Source: Eledone cirrhosa (lineage: Eukaryota). From it: a stretch of 64,000 nt of DNA. The notes beneath the pieces were generated by a model. It worked only from the letters and a program-made list of their open reading frames with translations. It had not been told where the DNA came from and did not search any database. Position numbers and translations under genes: made by a program. Within the stretch, counting starts at the first letter, position 1. Every line of letters starts with the position of its first letter. The stretch spans positions 1 to 64,000 of the forward strand of contig CAXHJY010000645.1 in the NCBI GenBank assembly GCA_964016885.1, given 5' to 3'. Positions 30,999 through 44,583 of this stretch are shown in pieces.

Positions 30999-31489
30999 CG
31001 TACATATATATATATCTGTATATATACAGAGAGGGAGAGAGAGATATATGGTAGAGAGAGAGAGACGGGGCCGATTCATGGGTTGTATATGTATGTGTGT
31101 ATATATATGTGAGTGTATGTATGTGTGTATATATGTAAGGGTTTTTTTGTTGTTGTGTGTATTCGCGTATTTCCACCTGTATGTGTGTATGTATCTGTGT
31201 GTGTGTGTGTGTATGTATGTGTGTGTGTGTGTGTGTGTTTGCCTGTATGAAGTCTGTCTGCTTATGTATTTATATTTCTATGTGTTGGTTCCTGTAGCGG
31301 TTGTAGTAGTAGTAGTCGTTGTAGTAGTAGTGGGTTGTTGTTATTGTACTAGTAGTAGTAGTAGTAGTAGTGGGTTGTTGTACTATCACTAGTTGTCGTT
31401 ATTGTAGTAGTAGTAGGTCGCTTTTATTTAGATCGTCGTTCCGCTGAATCATGGCTGACCTGGGGTTAAACAATAACAGCAACAATAAC

Positions 31490-31680
31490 AAGGACACATT
31501 AGATAATGTAGTCCTAGATACACTGTGTCTGTATATAAGACAGGACACATTAGATAATGTAGTCCTAAATACACTGTGTCTCTATATAAGACAGGACACA
31601 TTAGATAATGTAGTCCTAGGTACACTGTGTCTGTATATATTACAAGACATATTAGATAATGTAGTCCTACATACACTATG
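31490..31680. repeat. 51-bp tandem repeat, ~3.7 copies
   Basis: CAGGACACATTAGATAATGTAGTCCTAGATACACTGTGTCTGTATATAAGA. Confidence 0.9.
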
Positions 31681-33285
31681 TCGGAGGGATGGTCATATTT
31701 AGAAACTTGTTGATCATACGTCTACTGGTTGAGGACTGACCTAGGGCTAAACAACAACAGCTATAATCACCACCACCACTACCACCACCATTACTTTTGC
31801 CACCACAACCACCACCACTACCACCACTACTACAACCCACTAAAACCACCACCACCACCAATACCACCAACACCATCAAAATCCCCATCACTACCACGAC
31901 CAATACCACCACCACCACCACCACCACCACCACTACAACCTCTACCACCAATACCATCATCAAAAGAGCTACCATTTCCATGTTTCCACTACCATCACCA
32001 ATACACACACATATAGTCTAACAGCACTACCACAACCACCACCACCACTAATACCACCTCCACTAATACCACCACTACAACTACCTCCACCTACTATACT
32101 ACGCACCAACCACCAACACCAACACCAATCACAACCACGAACTACCACCATCACCAACAACAACCACCACCACCAACACCAATCACTAACATCCATCATT
32201 CCCCAACATTACCATCAAGAACAACAACCACAACAACATCAAGGCCCTCCACCACCCACCTACCCGCCACAAATCACCAACAAACACCACCACCACCACC
32301 GCCACACCATCACCACCCGCCAACCCATAACGAATCACCAACAACCAGCTCCAAGCCCCTCCTCCACCACCAACCAATCACCACCACCACCACCAATAAC
32401 AACAACCACCCTCAATGCTACACTTATAATAACTACTATCCACCACCACCAAGCCCGCCCCTCCTCCACCAACACCACTACTACCACACAACCACCACCA
32501 CCACCACCGAGCCCCCATCATCACCACCACCAACACCAATCCCTCCCCCACCACCAACCATCGCCAAGCCACCCTCATCCCCCACCATCCACCAACAAAC
32601 ACCACCACCGCCAATAATAACAGCCACCCTCAATGCTACAGCAATACTAACTACCATCCACCACCACCAAGCATCTCCCCCACCTGCCAATTCACCACCC
32701 GCCAACCCGCCACAAATCACCAACAAACAACACCACCACACCATCACCACCACCACCCGCCAACCCACCACAAATCACCAACAAACACCACCACCACCAA
32801 GCCCCGCCTCCCCCACCAACCACCCAGCCAACCAATCACCACCACCAACCCGCCACAAATCACCAACAAACACCACCACCACCACTACCCCCCCCCCAAC
32901 CAACCACCACCCACCAACCCGCCATAAACCACCAACAAACACCACCACCACCGCCACCAAGCCCCCCCCACCAACCAACCAACCAACCACCACCCAACAA
33001 ACCGCCACAAACCACCAACAAACACGACCACCGCCAAGAACAACCACCCCACCCCCACCCCCAATACTACAACTATACTAACCACCACCACCACACCACC
33101 AACAAGCCTCCCCCTCCCCCCACACACCACCCCCCATACATTCCCTACCCAACCCCACTCCCAATAATAATATGAAAGCAATAATGATTCCTGTCTTTGA
33201 AATCGATGAGAGAATTAGAAAACTCAAACAAATATTGTTTCAAACGCGGCCATGAATTTTTCAGACAATCCCTTTTCTGCTTTTG

Positions 33286-33317
33286 ACTTCCGGTCGCTTG
33301 CTTCCGGTCGCCATCTT
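33286..33317. promoter_or_regulatory. Candidate ETS+ETS+YY1 motif cluster
   Basis: ACTTCCGG, CTTCCGG and CGCCATCTT within 32 bp of a CpG-containing unique island. Confidence 0.35.
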
Positions 33318-34069
33318 CGTTTTTCTAATTTTCGCTATAGTTTTCCTTCTCTTCTTTGTGTGTGTTCGTCCGTTCTCCTTTTATAACCAATGCAATTATT
33401 ATTATCGTCATCATCATCATCACCATCATCATCACCATCACCATCGCCATCATCATCACCATCATCGTGATAGTCATCACCATCATCATCATCGGCATCG
33501 TCATTGTAATCGTCAGCATCATACAAATAAAAATAATCATCATTATCATCATCATCATCATCATCATCATTAGTTATCATCACCATCACCATCACCATCA
33601 CCAACACCATTATAATCGTCAGCATCATACAAATAAAAATAATCATTATCATCATCATCATCATCATAATAATCGTCAGCATCATACATAAAAATAATCA
33701 TCATCATCATCATCATCATCATCAGTTATCATCACCATCACCATCATCATCATCGTCATCATTATGAATCCTCAGCATCATACAAACAATCATCGTTATC
33801 ATCATCATCATTCTATTAATCATCATTATTATTATATTAACCATCATCACCATCGCCATCTTTAATAATCATCATCATCATCAGCATTATAAGCGTCATC
33901 ATACAAACAAAAAAATCATCATTATCGTCATCACCATCATCATTATATTAACCATCATCATTAAAATCATCATCATCATCATCATCGTTATAGTTACCAT
34001 CACCATCACCATCATCATCATCATTATAATCATTATAATCGTTATCATAAAAAATAATAATAATAATCA

Positions 34070-35935
34070 TCATCATCATATTAACCATCATCGTCAACAT
34101 CATTATATTAACCATCATCATCATCATCATTATATTAACCATCATCATCATCATCATTATATTAACCATCATCAACATCATCATTATATTAACCATCATC
34201 ATCATGTTAACCATCATCATCATCATCATTATATTAACCATCATCATCATCATCATTATATTAACCATCATCATCATTATATTTACCATCATCAACATCA
34301 TTATATTAACCATCATCATTATATTAACCATCATCATCATCATCATTATATTAACCATCATCATCACCATCATTATATTAACCATCATCATCAACATCAT
34401 TATATTAACCATCATCATCATCATCATCATTATATTAACCATCAGCATCATTATATTAACCATCATCATCATCATCATTATATTAACCTTCATCATCATC
34501 ATTATATTAACCATCATCATCATCATTATATTAACCATCATCATCATCATTATATTAACCATCATCATCATCATCATTATATTAACCATCATCATCATCA
34601 TCATTATATTAACCACCATCATCATCATCATTATATTATCCATCATCATCATATTAACCATCATCATCATCATTATATTAACCATCATCATCATCATTAT
34701 ATTAACCATCATCATCATATTAACCATCATCATCATCATTATATTAACCATCATCATCATTATATTAACCATCATCATCATCATCATTATATTAACCATC
34801 ATCATCATTATATTAACCATCATCATCAATATCATTATATTAACCATCATCATCATCATTATATTAACCATCATCATCATTATATTAACCATCATCATTA
34901 TATTAACCATCATCGTCATTATATTAACCATCATCATCATCATCATCATTATAACCATCAGCATCATTATATTAACCATCATCATCACCATTATATTAAC
35001 CATCATCATCATCATTATATTAACCATCATCATAACCATCATTATATTAACCATCATCATCATCATCATCATCATTATATTAACCATCATCATATTATAT
35101 TAACCATCATCATCATTATATTAACCATCATCATCATCATCATTATATTAACCATCATCATCATCATTATATTAACCACCATCATAATTATATTAACCAT
35201 CATCATCATCATTATATTAACCATCATCATCATATTAACCATCATCATCATATTAACCATCATCATCATTATATTAACCATCATCATCATTATATTAACC
35301 ATCATCATCATTATATTAACCATCATCATCATCATCATTATATTAACCATCATCATCATCATTATATTAACCATCATCATCAATATCATTATATTAACCA
35401 TCATCATCATCATTATATTAACCATCATCATCATTATATTAACCATCATCATCATCATTATATTAACCATCATCATCGTCATTATATTAACCATCATCAT
35501 CATCATTATATTAACCATCATCATCATCATCATCATTATATTAACCATCATCATCGTCATTATATTAACCATCATCATCATCATCATTATATTAACCATC
35601 ATCATCATCATCATCATCATTATATTAACCATCATCATCATCATTATATTAACCATCATCATCATCATTATATTAACCATCATCATAATCATCATTATAT
35701 TAACCATCATCATCATCATCATCATTATATTAACCATCATCATATTATATTAACCATCATCATCATTATATTAACCATCAGCATCATCATCATTATATTA
35801 ACCATCATCATCATCATTATATTAACCATCATCATCGTCATTATATTAACCATCATCATCATCATCATTATATTAACCATCATCATCATCATTATATTAA
35901 CCATCATCATCATCATTATATTAACCATCATCATC
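34070..35935. repeat. Satellite ATTATATTAACC(ATC)n
   Basis: Many tandem units with a variable ATC count. Confidence 0.97.
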
Positions 35936-35960
35936 GTGATGACTACCATGGTGGATTCGC

Positions 35961-36162
35961 AAGGGCGGTGGATTGGCAGAATCGGTAGGGGGTAGGACGC
36001 CATGCTTTGACGCATCGAGTTACGGCCCTTGTCATTCTGAGTGCAAATCCCGCCGAGATTAACTTTGCCTTCCATCATTACGGTGTCGATAAAATAAAGT
36101 ACCATAATGCACTGGGGTAATTGCTGGCCTTGTGCCAAAAGTAGACAACAATTATTATTATT
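35961..36162 (+). mobile_element. tRNA-SINE with an intact head, opening the array
   Basis: AAGGGCGGTGGATTGGCAGAATCGG..; headless copies follow at 37377, 38924, 40292, 41603, 43161, and a truncated one at 44584-44623. Confidence 0.85.
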
Positions 36163-36168
36163 GGTGAA

Positions 36169-37376
36169 ATCGGACGTCTTTCGCTCGCTCCCAGTAAGTC
36201 GCTTTATTTACCTGGTATAATTATTTGTTGTTAAATCTTTGTTGTGTAAGGAATATAAACCCTAGGACTTTGCCCTGTGAAGGGGAAAGTATAATATTTG
36301 GGCCTTTTGGCCCAAATATTTTAACCTTATTTGAACATTTTACTTTTGAAAATTTAAAAAAAAAAAAAACATGGCTGAGCCACGCCGCCCAGAAATGTGT
36401 CTGCTGTCGTGGGACAAAGGTGTAAAAGTTTAGAGGAGGGTTAGTGAAATTCATACAACAAACACCACCACAAACAACGTGAACAAATACAACAATGTTG
36501 CGTCGAGGACCAGGCATGCCGTGGCTGAGGCTGCGACATCTCTGGTACCTTCTTGACGGTGAACAGGTGTGGTCGCCATTTGCCAGACGCCATTTTCGCC
36601 AGCTCGTCTCATTGACAGAGCTGCAGTCCTGAATCAGGAAAAGACCGAAGTATAGCGATTGGAAGCAGGAATGTCTCCAAGCGCTCACCGCCCTCTACCA
36701 GCTGGGCACTAGTATCGGTGGAACATGCACCTCGGCGTTCTATAGATGGCTAGTGGAGGGAAAGGGCGCCGACGCAGTTTTCATCTGCCTGGTGGCCATG
36801 GCGAAAGAGATTGTGTGGTGGCCATGGCCGAAGAGATTGTGTGGTGGCCATGGCGAAAGAGATTGTGTGGTTGACATGGTCGAAGAGATTGTGTGGTGGC
36901 CATGGCGAAAGAGATTGTGTGGTGGCCATGGCGAAAGAGATTGTGTGGTGGCCACGCGCGAAAGAGATTGTGTGGTGGACAAGGTTGAAAGGGTTAAAGA
37001 CGGACACTTTCCTCTTCGGATAATCCCTGATTAACTTTTTCAAGTTTCACTTGAAGAGGAAAATCAGGGTGGAGAGGTAAGTTTGTTGAAAGGTGGGTAA
37101 AAGTAACGAGTCTGGTCCGAGTGAACGGGCCCGCTCTGAGTATGCGCCTGTAGACTGAGAGAGGGCGCTTGCCCTGGTGATCAGGATGGCCGTGGTCATT
37201 TTTGTGTGATTTTCGCCACGAGTGACCCCTAAGGTTTCCCCTCTTTTGGGGGAATTTTTGTTTGATTTTTTTTTATATCTAGCCCGGTTTTGTTATAACC
37301 TATTTACACGACCAAAACCCACTTTGTATCGTCCTGTACTGTACTGTGGCGTCTCTAATGTTTTTCTTCGTGTTAG
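36169..37376 (+). mobile_element. Internally deleted L1/Tx1-clade LINE remnant, unit 1
   Basis: Structured 5' leader, ATG at 36371, then ORF2-like pieces GPGMPWLRLRHL, AKEIVWWTR, KFVERW, and a 3'UTR; stop codons present. Confidence 0.7.
36791..36990. repeat. 26-bp VNTR, 7 copies
   Basis: GAGATTGTGTGGTGGCCATGGCGAAA. Confidence 0.97.
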
Positions 37377-37569
37377 GGCAGTATCGGTAGAGGGTGGGCA
37401 CCATGCTTTGACGCATACAATTACGGCCCTTGCCATTCTGAGTTCAAATCCGGCCTAGATTAACTTTGCCTTTCATCATTACCGGGTCGATAAAATAAAG
37501 TACCATAATGCACTGGGGTAATTGCTGGCCTTGTGCCAAAAGTAGACAACAATTATTATTATTGGTGAA

Positions 37570-38923
37570 ATCGGACGTCTTTCGCTCGCTCCCAGTAAGT
37601 CGCTTTATTTACCTGGTATAATTATTTGTTGTTAAATTTTTTTTGTTGTTTAAGGAATATAAACCCTAGGACTTTGCCTTGTGAAGGGGAAAATATAATA
37701 TTTGGGCCTTTTGGCCCAAATATTTTAACCTTATTTGAACATTTTACTTTTGAAAATTTAAAAAAAAAAAAAACATGGCTGAGCCACGCCGCCCAGAAAT
37801 GTGTCTGCTGTCGTGGGACAGCGGTGTAAAAGTTTAGAAGTGGGTTAGTGAAATTCATACAACAAACACCACCACAAACAACGTGAACTAAGACAACAAC
37901 AATAAGAACACTAATTTAAAAAATAAATTACCACACCAACTACAACAATAACAGCGTCAACCAAAATACAGACAACAGAAAAAAAAATGACAACAAATGT
38001 AACAACGTTGCGTCGAGGACCAGGCATGCTGTGGCCGAGGCTGCGACATCTCTGGTACCTTCTTGACGGTGAACAGGTGTGGTCGCCGTTTGCCGGACGC
38101 GTTTTTCGCCAGCTCGTCTCCTTGACGCAGCTGCAGTCCTGGATCAGGAAAAGACCGAAGGATAGCGCTTGGAAGCTGGAATGTCTCCAAGCGCTCACCG
38201 CCCTCTACCAGCTGGGCACTATCGGTAGAACATCCAACTCGGCGTTCTATAGATGGCTAGTGGAGGGAAAGGGCGCCGACGCAGTTTTCATCTACCTGGT
38301 GGCCATGGCGAAAGAGATTGTGTGGTGGACAAGGTTGAAAGAGATTGTGTGGTGGCCATGGCCGAAGAGATTGTGTGGTGGCCATGGCGAAAGAGACTGT
38401 GTGGTGGCCATGGCGAAAGAGATTGTGTGGTGGCCATGGCGAAATAGATTGTGTGGTGGCCATGCGAAAGAGATTGTGTGGTGGCCATGGCGAATGAGAT
38501 TGTGTGGTGGACAAGGTTGAAAGGGTTAAAGCGGACACTTTCCTCTTCGGCTAATCCCTGATTAACTTTTTCAAGTTTCACTTGAAGAGGAAAATCAGGG
38601 TGGAGAGGTAAGTTTGTTGAAAGGTGGGTAAAAGTAACGAGTCTGGTCCGATTGAACGGGCCCGCTCTGAGTATGCGCCTGTAGACTGAGGAGTGGGAAA
38701 ACTGAGAGAGGGCGCTTGCCCTGGTGGTCAGGATGGCCGTGGTCATTTTTGTGTGGTTTTCTCCACGAGTGACCCTCAGAGGTTTCCCCTCTTTTGGGGA
38801 AATTTTGTTTGATTTTTTTTTATATCTAGCCCGGTTTTGTTATAACCTATTTACACGACCAAAACCCACTTTGTATCGTCCTGTACTGTACTGTGGTGTC
38901 TCTAATGTTTTTCTTCGTGTTAG
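37570..38923 (+). mobile_element. Tx1-like remnant, unit 2 (has an extra ~106 bp)
   Basis: As unit 1, with additional sequence at 37889-37994. Confidence 0.7.
38298..38522. repeat. 26-bp VNTR, 8 copies
   Basis: Same unit. Confidence 0.97.
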
Positions 38924-39117
38924 GGCAGTATCGGTAGAGGGTGGGACACCATGCTTTGACGCATACAATTACGGCCCTTGCCATTCTGAGTTCAAATCCG
39001 GCCTAGATTAACTTTGCCTTTCATCATTACCGGGTCGATAAAATAAAGTACCATAATGCACTGGGGTAATTGCTGGCCTTGTGCCAAAAGTAGACAACAA
39101 TTATTATTATTGGTGAA

Positions 39118-40291
39118 ATCGGACGTCTTTCGCTCGCTCCCAGTAAGTCGCTTTATTTACCTGGTATAATTATTTGTTGTTAATTTTTTTTTGTTGTGTA
39201 AGGAATATAAACCCTAGGACTTTGCCCTGTGAAGGGGAAAGTATAATATTTGGGCCTTTTGGCCTAAATATTTTAACCTTATTTGAACATTTTACTTTTG
39301 AAAATTTAAAAAAAAAAAAAACATGGCTGAGCCACGCCGCCCAGAAATGTGTCTGCTGTCGTGGGACAACGGTGTAAAAGTTTAGAGGAGGGTTAGTGAA
39401 ATTCATACAACAAACACCACCACAAACAACGTGAACAAATACAACAATGTTGCGTCGAGGACCAGGCATGCCGTGGCTGAGGCTGCGACATCTCTGGTAC
39501 CTTCTTGACGGTGAACAGGTGTGGTCGCCATTTGCCAGACGCCATTTTCGCCAGCTCGTCTCATTGACAGAGCTGCAGTCCTGAATCAGGAAAAGACCGA
39601 AGGATAGCGATTGGAAGCAGGAATGTCTCCAAGCGCTCACCGCCCTCTACCAGCTGGGCACTAGTATCGGTGGAACATCCAACTCGGCGTTCTATAGATG
39701 GCTAGTGGAGGGAAAGGGCGCCGACGCAGTTTTCATCTGCCTGGTGGCCATGGCAAAAGAGATTGTGTGGTGGCCATGGCGAAAGAGATTGTGTGGTGGC
39801 CATGGCAAAAGAGATTGTGTGGTGGACATGGCCGAAGAGATTGTGTGGTGGCCATGGCGAAAGAGATTGTGTGGTGGACAAGGTTGAAAGGGTTAAAGAC
39901 GGACACTTTCCTCTTCGGCTAATCCGTGATTAACTTTTTCAAGTTTCACTTGAAGAGGAAAATCAGGGTGGAGAGGTAAGTTTGTTGAAAGGTGGGTAAA
40001 AGTAACGAGTCTGGTCCGAGTGAACGGGCCCGCTCTGAGTATGCGCCTGTAGACTGAGGAGTGGGAAAACTGAGAGAGGGCGCTTGCCCTGGTGGTCAGG
40101 ATGGCCGTGGTCATTTTTGTGTGGTTTTCGCCACGAGTGACCCTCAGAGGTTTCCCCTCTTTTGGGGGAATTTTGTTTGAATTTTTTTGACTTCTAGCCC
40201 GGTTTTGTTATAACCTATTTACACGACCAAAACCCACTTTGTATCGTCCTGTACTGTACTGTGGCGTCTCTAATGCTTTTCTTCGTGTTAG
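39118..40291 (+). mobile_element. Tx1-like remnant, unit 3
   Basis: Near-identical to the other units. Confidence 0.7.
39743..39889. repeat. 26-bp VNTR, 5 copies
   Basis: Same unit. Confidence 0.97.
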
Positions 40292-40485
40292 GGCAGTATC
40301 GGTAGAGGGTGGGACACCATGCTTTGACGCATACAATTACGGCCCTTGCCATTCTGAGTTCAAATCCGGCCTAGATTAACTTTGCCTTCCATCATTACCG
40401 GGTCGATAAAATAAAGTACCATAATGCACTGGGGTAATTGCTGGCCTTGTGCCAAAAGTAGACAACAATTATTATTATTGGTGAA

Positions 40486-41602
40486 ATCGGACGTCTTTCG
40501 CTCGCTCCCAGTAAGTCGCTTTATTTACCTGGTATAATTATTTGTTGTTAATTTTTTTTTGTTGTGTAAAGAATATAAACCCTAGGACTTTGCCCTGTGA
40601 AGGGGAAAGTATAATATTTGGGCCTTTTGGCCTAAATATTTTAACCTTATTTGAACATTTTACTTTTGAAAATTTAAAAAAAAAAAAAACATGGCTGAGC
40701 CACGCCGCCCAGAAATGTGTCTGCTGTCGTGGGACAACGGTGTAAAAGTTTAGAGGTGGGTTAATGAAATTCATACAACAAACACCACCACAAACAACGT
40801 GAACAAATACAACAATGTTGCGTCGAGGACCAGGCATGCCGTGGCTGAGGCTGCGACATCTCTGGTACCTTCTTGACGGTGAACAGGTGTGGTCGCCGTT
40901 TGCCAGACGCGTTTTTCGCCAGCTCGTCTCCTTGGCGGAGCTGCAGTCCTGGATCAGGAAAAGACCGAAGGATAGCGCTTGGAAGCTGAAATGTCTCCAA
41001 GCGCTCACCGCCCTCTGCCAGCTGGGCACTAGTATCGGTGGAACATCCACCTCGGCGTTCTATAGATGGCTAGTGGAGGGAAAGGGCGCCGATGCAGTTT
41101 TCATCAGCCTGATGGCCATGGCGAAAGAGATTGTGTGGTGGACATGGCCGAAGAGATTGTGCGGTGGCCATGGCGAAAGAGATTGTGTGGTGGACAAGGT
41201 TGAAAGGGTTAAAGACGGGCACTTTCCTCTTCGGCTAATCCCTGATTAACTTTTTCAAGTTTCACTTGAAGAGGAAAATCAGGGTGGCGAGGTAAGTTTG
41301 TTGAAAGGTGGGTAAAAGTAACGAGTCTGGTCCGAGTGAACGGGCCCGCTCTGAGTATGCGCCTATAGACTGAGGAGTGGGAAAACTGAGAGAGGGCGCT
41401 TGCCCTGGTGGTCAGGATGTCCGTGGTCATTTTTGTGTGGTTTTCGCCACGAGTGACACTCGGAGGTTTCCCCTCTTTTGGGGGAATTTTTGTTTGAATT
41501 TTTTTGACTTCTATCCCGGTTTTGTTATAACCTATTTACATACCAAAACCCACTTTGTATCGTCCTGTACTGTGGCGTCTCTAATGTTTTTCTTCGTGTT
41601 AG
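40486..41602 (+). mobile_element. Tx1-like remnant, unit 4
   Basis: Shortest VNTR (3 copies). Confidence 0.7.
41113..41205. repeat. 26-bp VNTR, 3 copies
   Basis: Same unit. Confidence 0.97.
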
Positions 41603-41796
41603 GGCAGTATCGGTAGAGGGTGGGACACCATGCTTTGACGCATACAATTACGGCCCTTGCCATTCTGAGTTCAAATCCGGCCTAGATTAACTTTGCCTTT
41701 CATCATTACCGGGTCGATAAAATAAAGTACCATAATGCACTGGGGTAATTGCTGGCCTTGTGCCAATAGTAGACAACAATTATTATTATTGGTGAA

Positions 41797-43160
41797 ATCG
41801 GACGTCTTTCGCTCGCTCCCAGTAAGTCGCTTTATTTACCTGGTATAATTATTTGTTGTTAAATTTTTGTTGTGTAAGGAATATAAACCCTAGGACTTTG
41901 CCCTGTGAAGGGGAAAGTATAATATTTGGGCCTTTTGGCCCAAATATTTTAACCTTATTTGAACATTTTACTTTTGAAAATTTAAAAAAAAAAAAAACAT
42001 GGCTGAGCCACGCCGCCCAGAAATGTGTCTGCTGTCGTGGGACAACGGTGTAAAAGTTTAGAGGAGGGTTAGTGAAATTCATACAACAAACACCACCACA
42101 AACAACGTGAACAAATACAACAATGTTGCGTCGAGGACCAGGCATGCCGTGGCTGAGGCTGCGACATCTCTGGTACCTTCTTGACGGTGACCAGGTGTGG
42201 TCGCCGTTTGCCGGACGCGTTTTTCGCCAGCTCGTCTCCTTGACGGAGCTGCAGTCCTGGATCAGGAAAAGATCGAAGGATAGCGCTTGGAAGCTGGAAT
42301 GTTTCCAAGCGCTCACCGCCCTATACCAGCTGGGCACTAGTATCGGTGGAACATCCACCTCGGCGTTCTATAGATGGCTAGTGGAGGGAAAGAGCGCCGA
42401 TGCAGTTTTCATCTGCCTGATGGCCATGGCAAAAGAGATTGTGTGGTGGCCATGGCGAAAGAGATTGTGTGGTGGCCATGGCCGAAGAGATTGTGTGGTG
42501 GCCATGGAGAAAGAGATTGTGTGGTGGCCATGGCGAAAGAGATTGTGTGGTGGCCATGGAGAAAGAGATTGTGTAGTGGCCATGGAGAAAGAGATTGTGT
42601 GGTGGCCATGGCGAAAGAGATTGTGTGGTGGCCATGGCGAAAGAGATTGTGTGGTGGCCATGGAGAAAGAGATTGTGTGGTGGCCATGGAGAAAGAGATT
42701 GTGTGGTGGACATGGCGAAAGAGATTGTGTGGTGGACATGGCCGAAGAGATTGTGTGGTGGACAAGGTTGAAAGGGTTAAAGACGGACACTTTCCCCTTC
42801 GGCTAATCCCTGATTAGCTTTTTCAAGTTTCACTTGAAGAGGAAAATCAGGGTGGAGAGGTAAGTTTGTTGAAAGGTGGGTAAACGTAACGAGTCTGGTC
42901 CGAGTGAACGGGCCCGCTCTGAGTATGCGCCTGTAGACTGAGAGAGGGCGCTTGCTCTGGTGATCAGGATGGCCGTGGTCATTTTTGTGTGATTTTCGCC
43001 ACGAGTGACCCCTGAGGTTTGCCCTGTTTTGGGGGAATTTTTGTTTGATTTTTTTTTTATATCTAGCCCGGTTTTGTTATAACCTATTTACACGACCAAA
43101 ACCCACTTTGTATCGTCCTGTACCGTTCTGTGGCTTCTCTAATGTTTTTCTTCGTGTTAG
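41797..43160 (+). mobile_element. Tx1-like remnant, unit 5
   Basis: 227-aa ORF 42123-42806 reads through 13 VNTR copies. Confidence 0.7.
42421..42773. repeat. 26-bp VNTR, 13 copies
   Basis: Same unit. Confidence 0.97.
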
Positions 43161-43353
43161 GGCAGTATCGGTAGAGGGTCGGACACCATGCTTTGACGCA
43201 TACAATTACGGCCCTTGCCATTCTGAGTTCAAATCCGGCCTAGATTAACTTTGCCTTCCATCATTACCGGGTCGATAAAATAAAGTACCATAATGCACTG
43301 GGGTAATTGCTGGCCTTGTGCCAAAAGTAGAAACAATTATTATTATTGGTGAA

Positions 43354-44583
43354 ATCGGACGTCTTTCGCTCGCTCCCAGTAAGTCGCTTTATTTACCTGG
43401 TATAATTATTTGTTGTTAAATGTTTCTTGTTGTGTAAGGAATATAAACCCTAGGACTTTGCCCTGTGAAGGGGAAAGTATAATATTTGGGCCTTTTGGCC
43501 CAAATATTTTAACCTTATTTGAACATTTTACTTTTGAAAATAAAAAAAAAAAAAAAACATGGCTGACCCCGCCCCCCAGAAATGTGTCTGCTGTCGTGGG
43601 ACAACGGTGTAAAAGTTTAGAGGAGGGTTAGTGAAATTCATACAACAAACACCACCACAAACAACGTGAACAAATACAACAATGTTGCGTCGAGGACCAG
43701 GCATGCCGTGGCTGAGGCTGCGACATCTCTGGTACCTTCTTGACGGTGAACAGGTGTGGTCGCCATTTGCCAGACGCCATTTTCGCCAGCTCGTCTCATT
43801 GACAGAGCTGCAGTCCTGAATCAGGAAAAGACCGAAGGATAGCGATTGGAAGCAGGAATGTCTCCAAGCGCTCACCGCCCTCTACCAGCTGGGCACTAGT
43901 ATGGGTGGAACATCCACCTCAGCGTTCTATAGATGGCTAGTGGAGGGAAAGGGCGCCGACGCAGTTTTCATCTGCCTGGTGGCCATGGCGAAAGAGATTG
44001 TGTGGTGGCCATGGCGAAAGAGATTGTGTGGTGGCCATGGAGAAAGAGATTGTGTGGTGGCCATGGCGAAAGAGATTGTGTGGTGGCCATGGCGAAAGAG
44101 ATTGTGTGGTGGACATGGCCGAAGAGATTGTGTGGTGGCCATGGCGAAAGAGATTGTGTGGTGGACAAGGTTGAAAGGGTTAAAGACGGACACTTTCCTC
44201 TTCGGCTAATCCCTGATTAGCTTTTTCAAGTTTCACTTGAAGAGGAAAATCAGGGTGGAGAGGGAAGTTTGTTGAAAGGTGGGTAAAAGTAACGAGTCTG
44301 GCCCGAGTGAACGGGCCCGCTCTGAGTATGCGCCTGTAGACTGAGCAGTGGGAAAACTGAGAGAGGCCGCTTGCCCTGGTGGTCAGGATGGCCGTGGTCA
44401 TTTTTGTGTGGTTTTCGCCACGAGTGACCCTCGGAGGTTTCCCCTCTTTTGGGGGAATTTTTGTTGTTGGAATTTTTTTTGACTTCTAGCCCGGTTTTGT
44501 TATAACCTATTTACACGACCAAAACCCACTTTGTATCGTCCTGTACTGTACTGTGGCGTCTCTAATGTTTTTCTTCGTGTTAG
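43354..44583 (+). mobile_element. Tx1-like remnant, unit 6
   Basis: Near-identical to the other units. Confidence 0.7.
43978..44176. repeat. 26-bp VNTR, 7 copies
   Basis: Same unit. Confidence 0.97.

Noticed and set aside
33948-36138. Met-rich protein (MMMVNI)n
   Set aside because: Translation of the ATC satellite, with frameshifts
42123-42806. Functional CDS in unit 5
   Set aside because: LINE ORF2 remnant with internal deletions and a premature TAA; sister units carry stops
36791-44176. 26-bp repeats as a CRISPR array
   Set aside because: Repeats abut with no unique spacers, no cas genes, eukaryotic context
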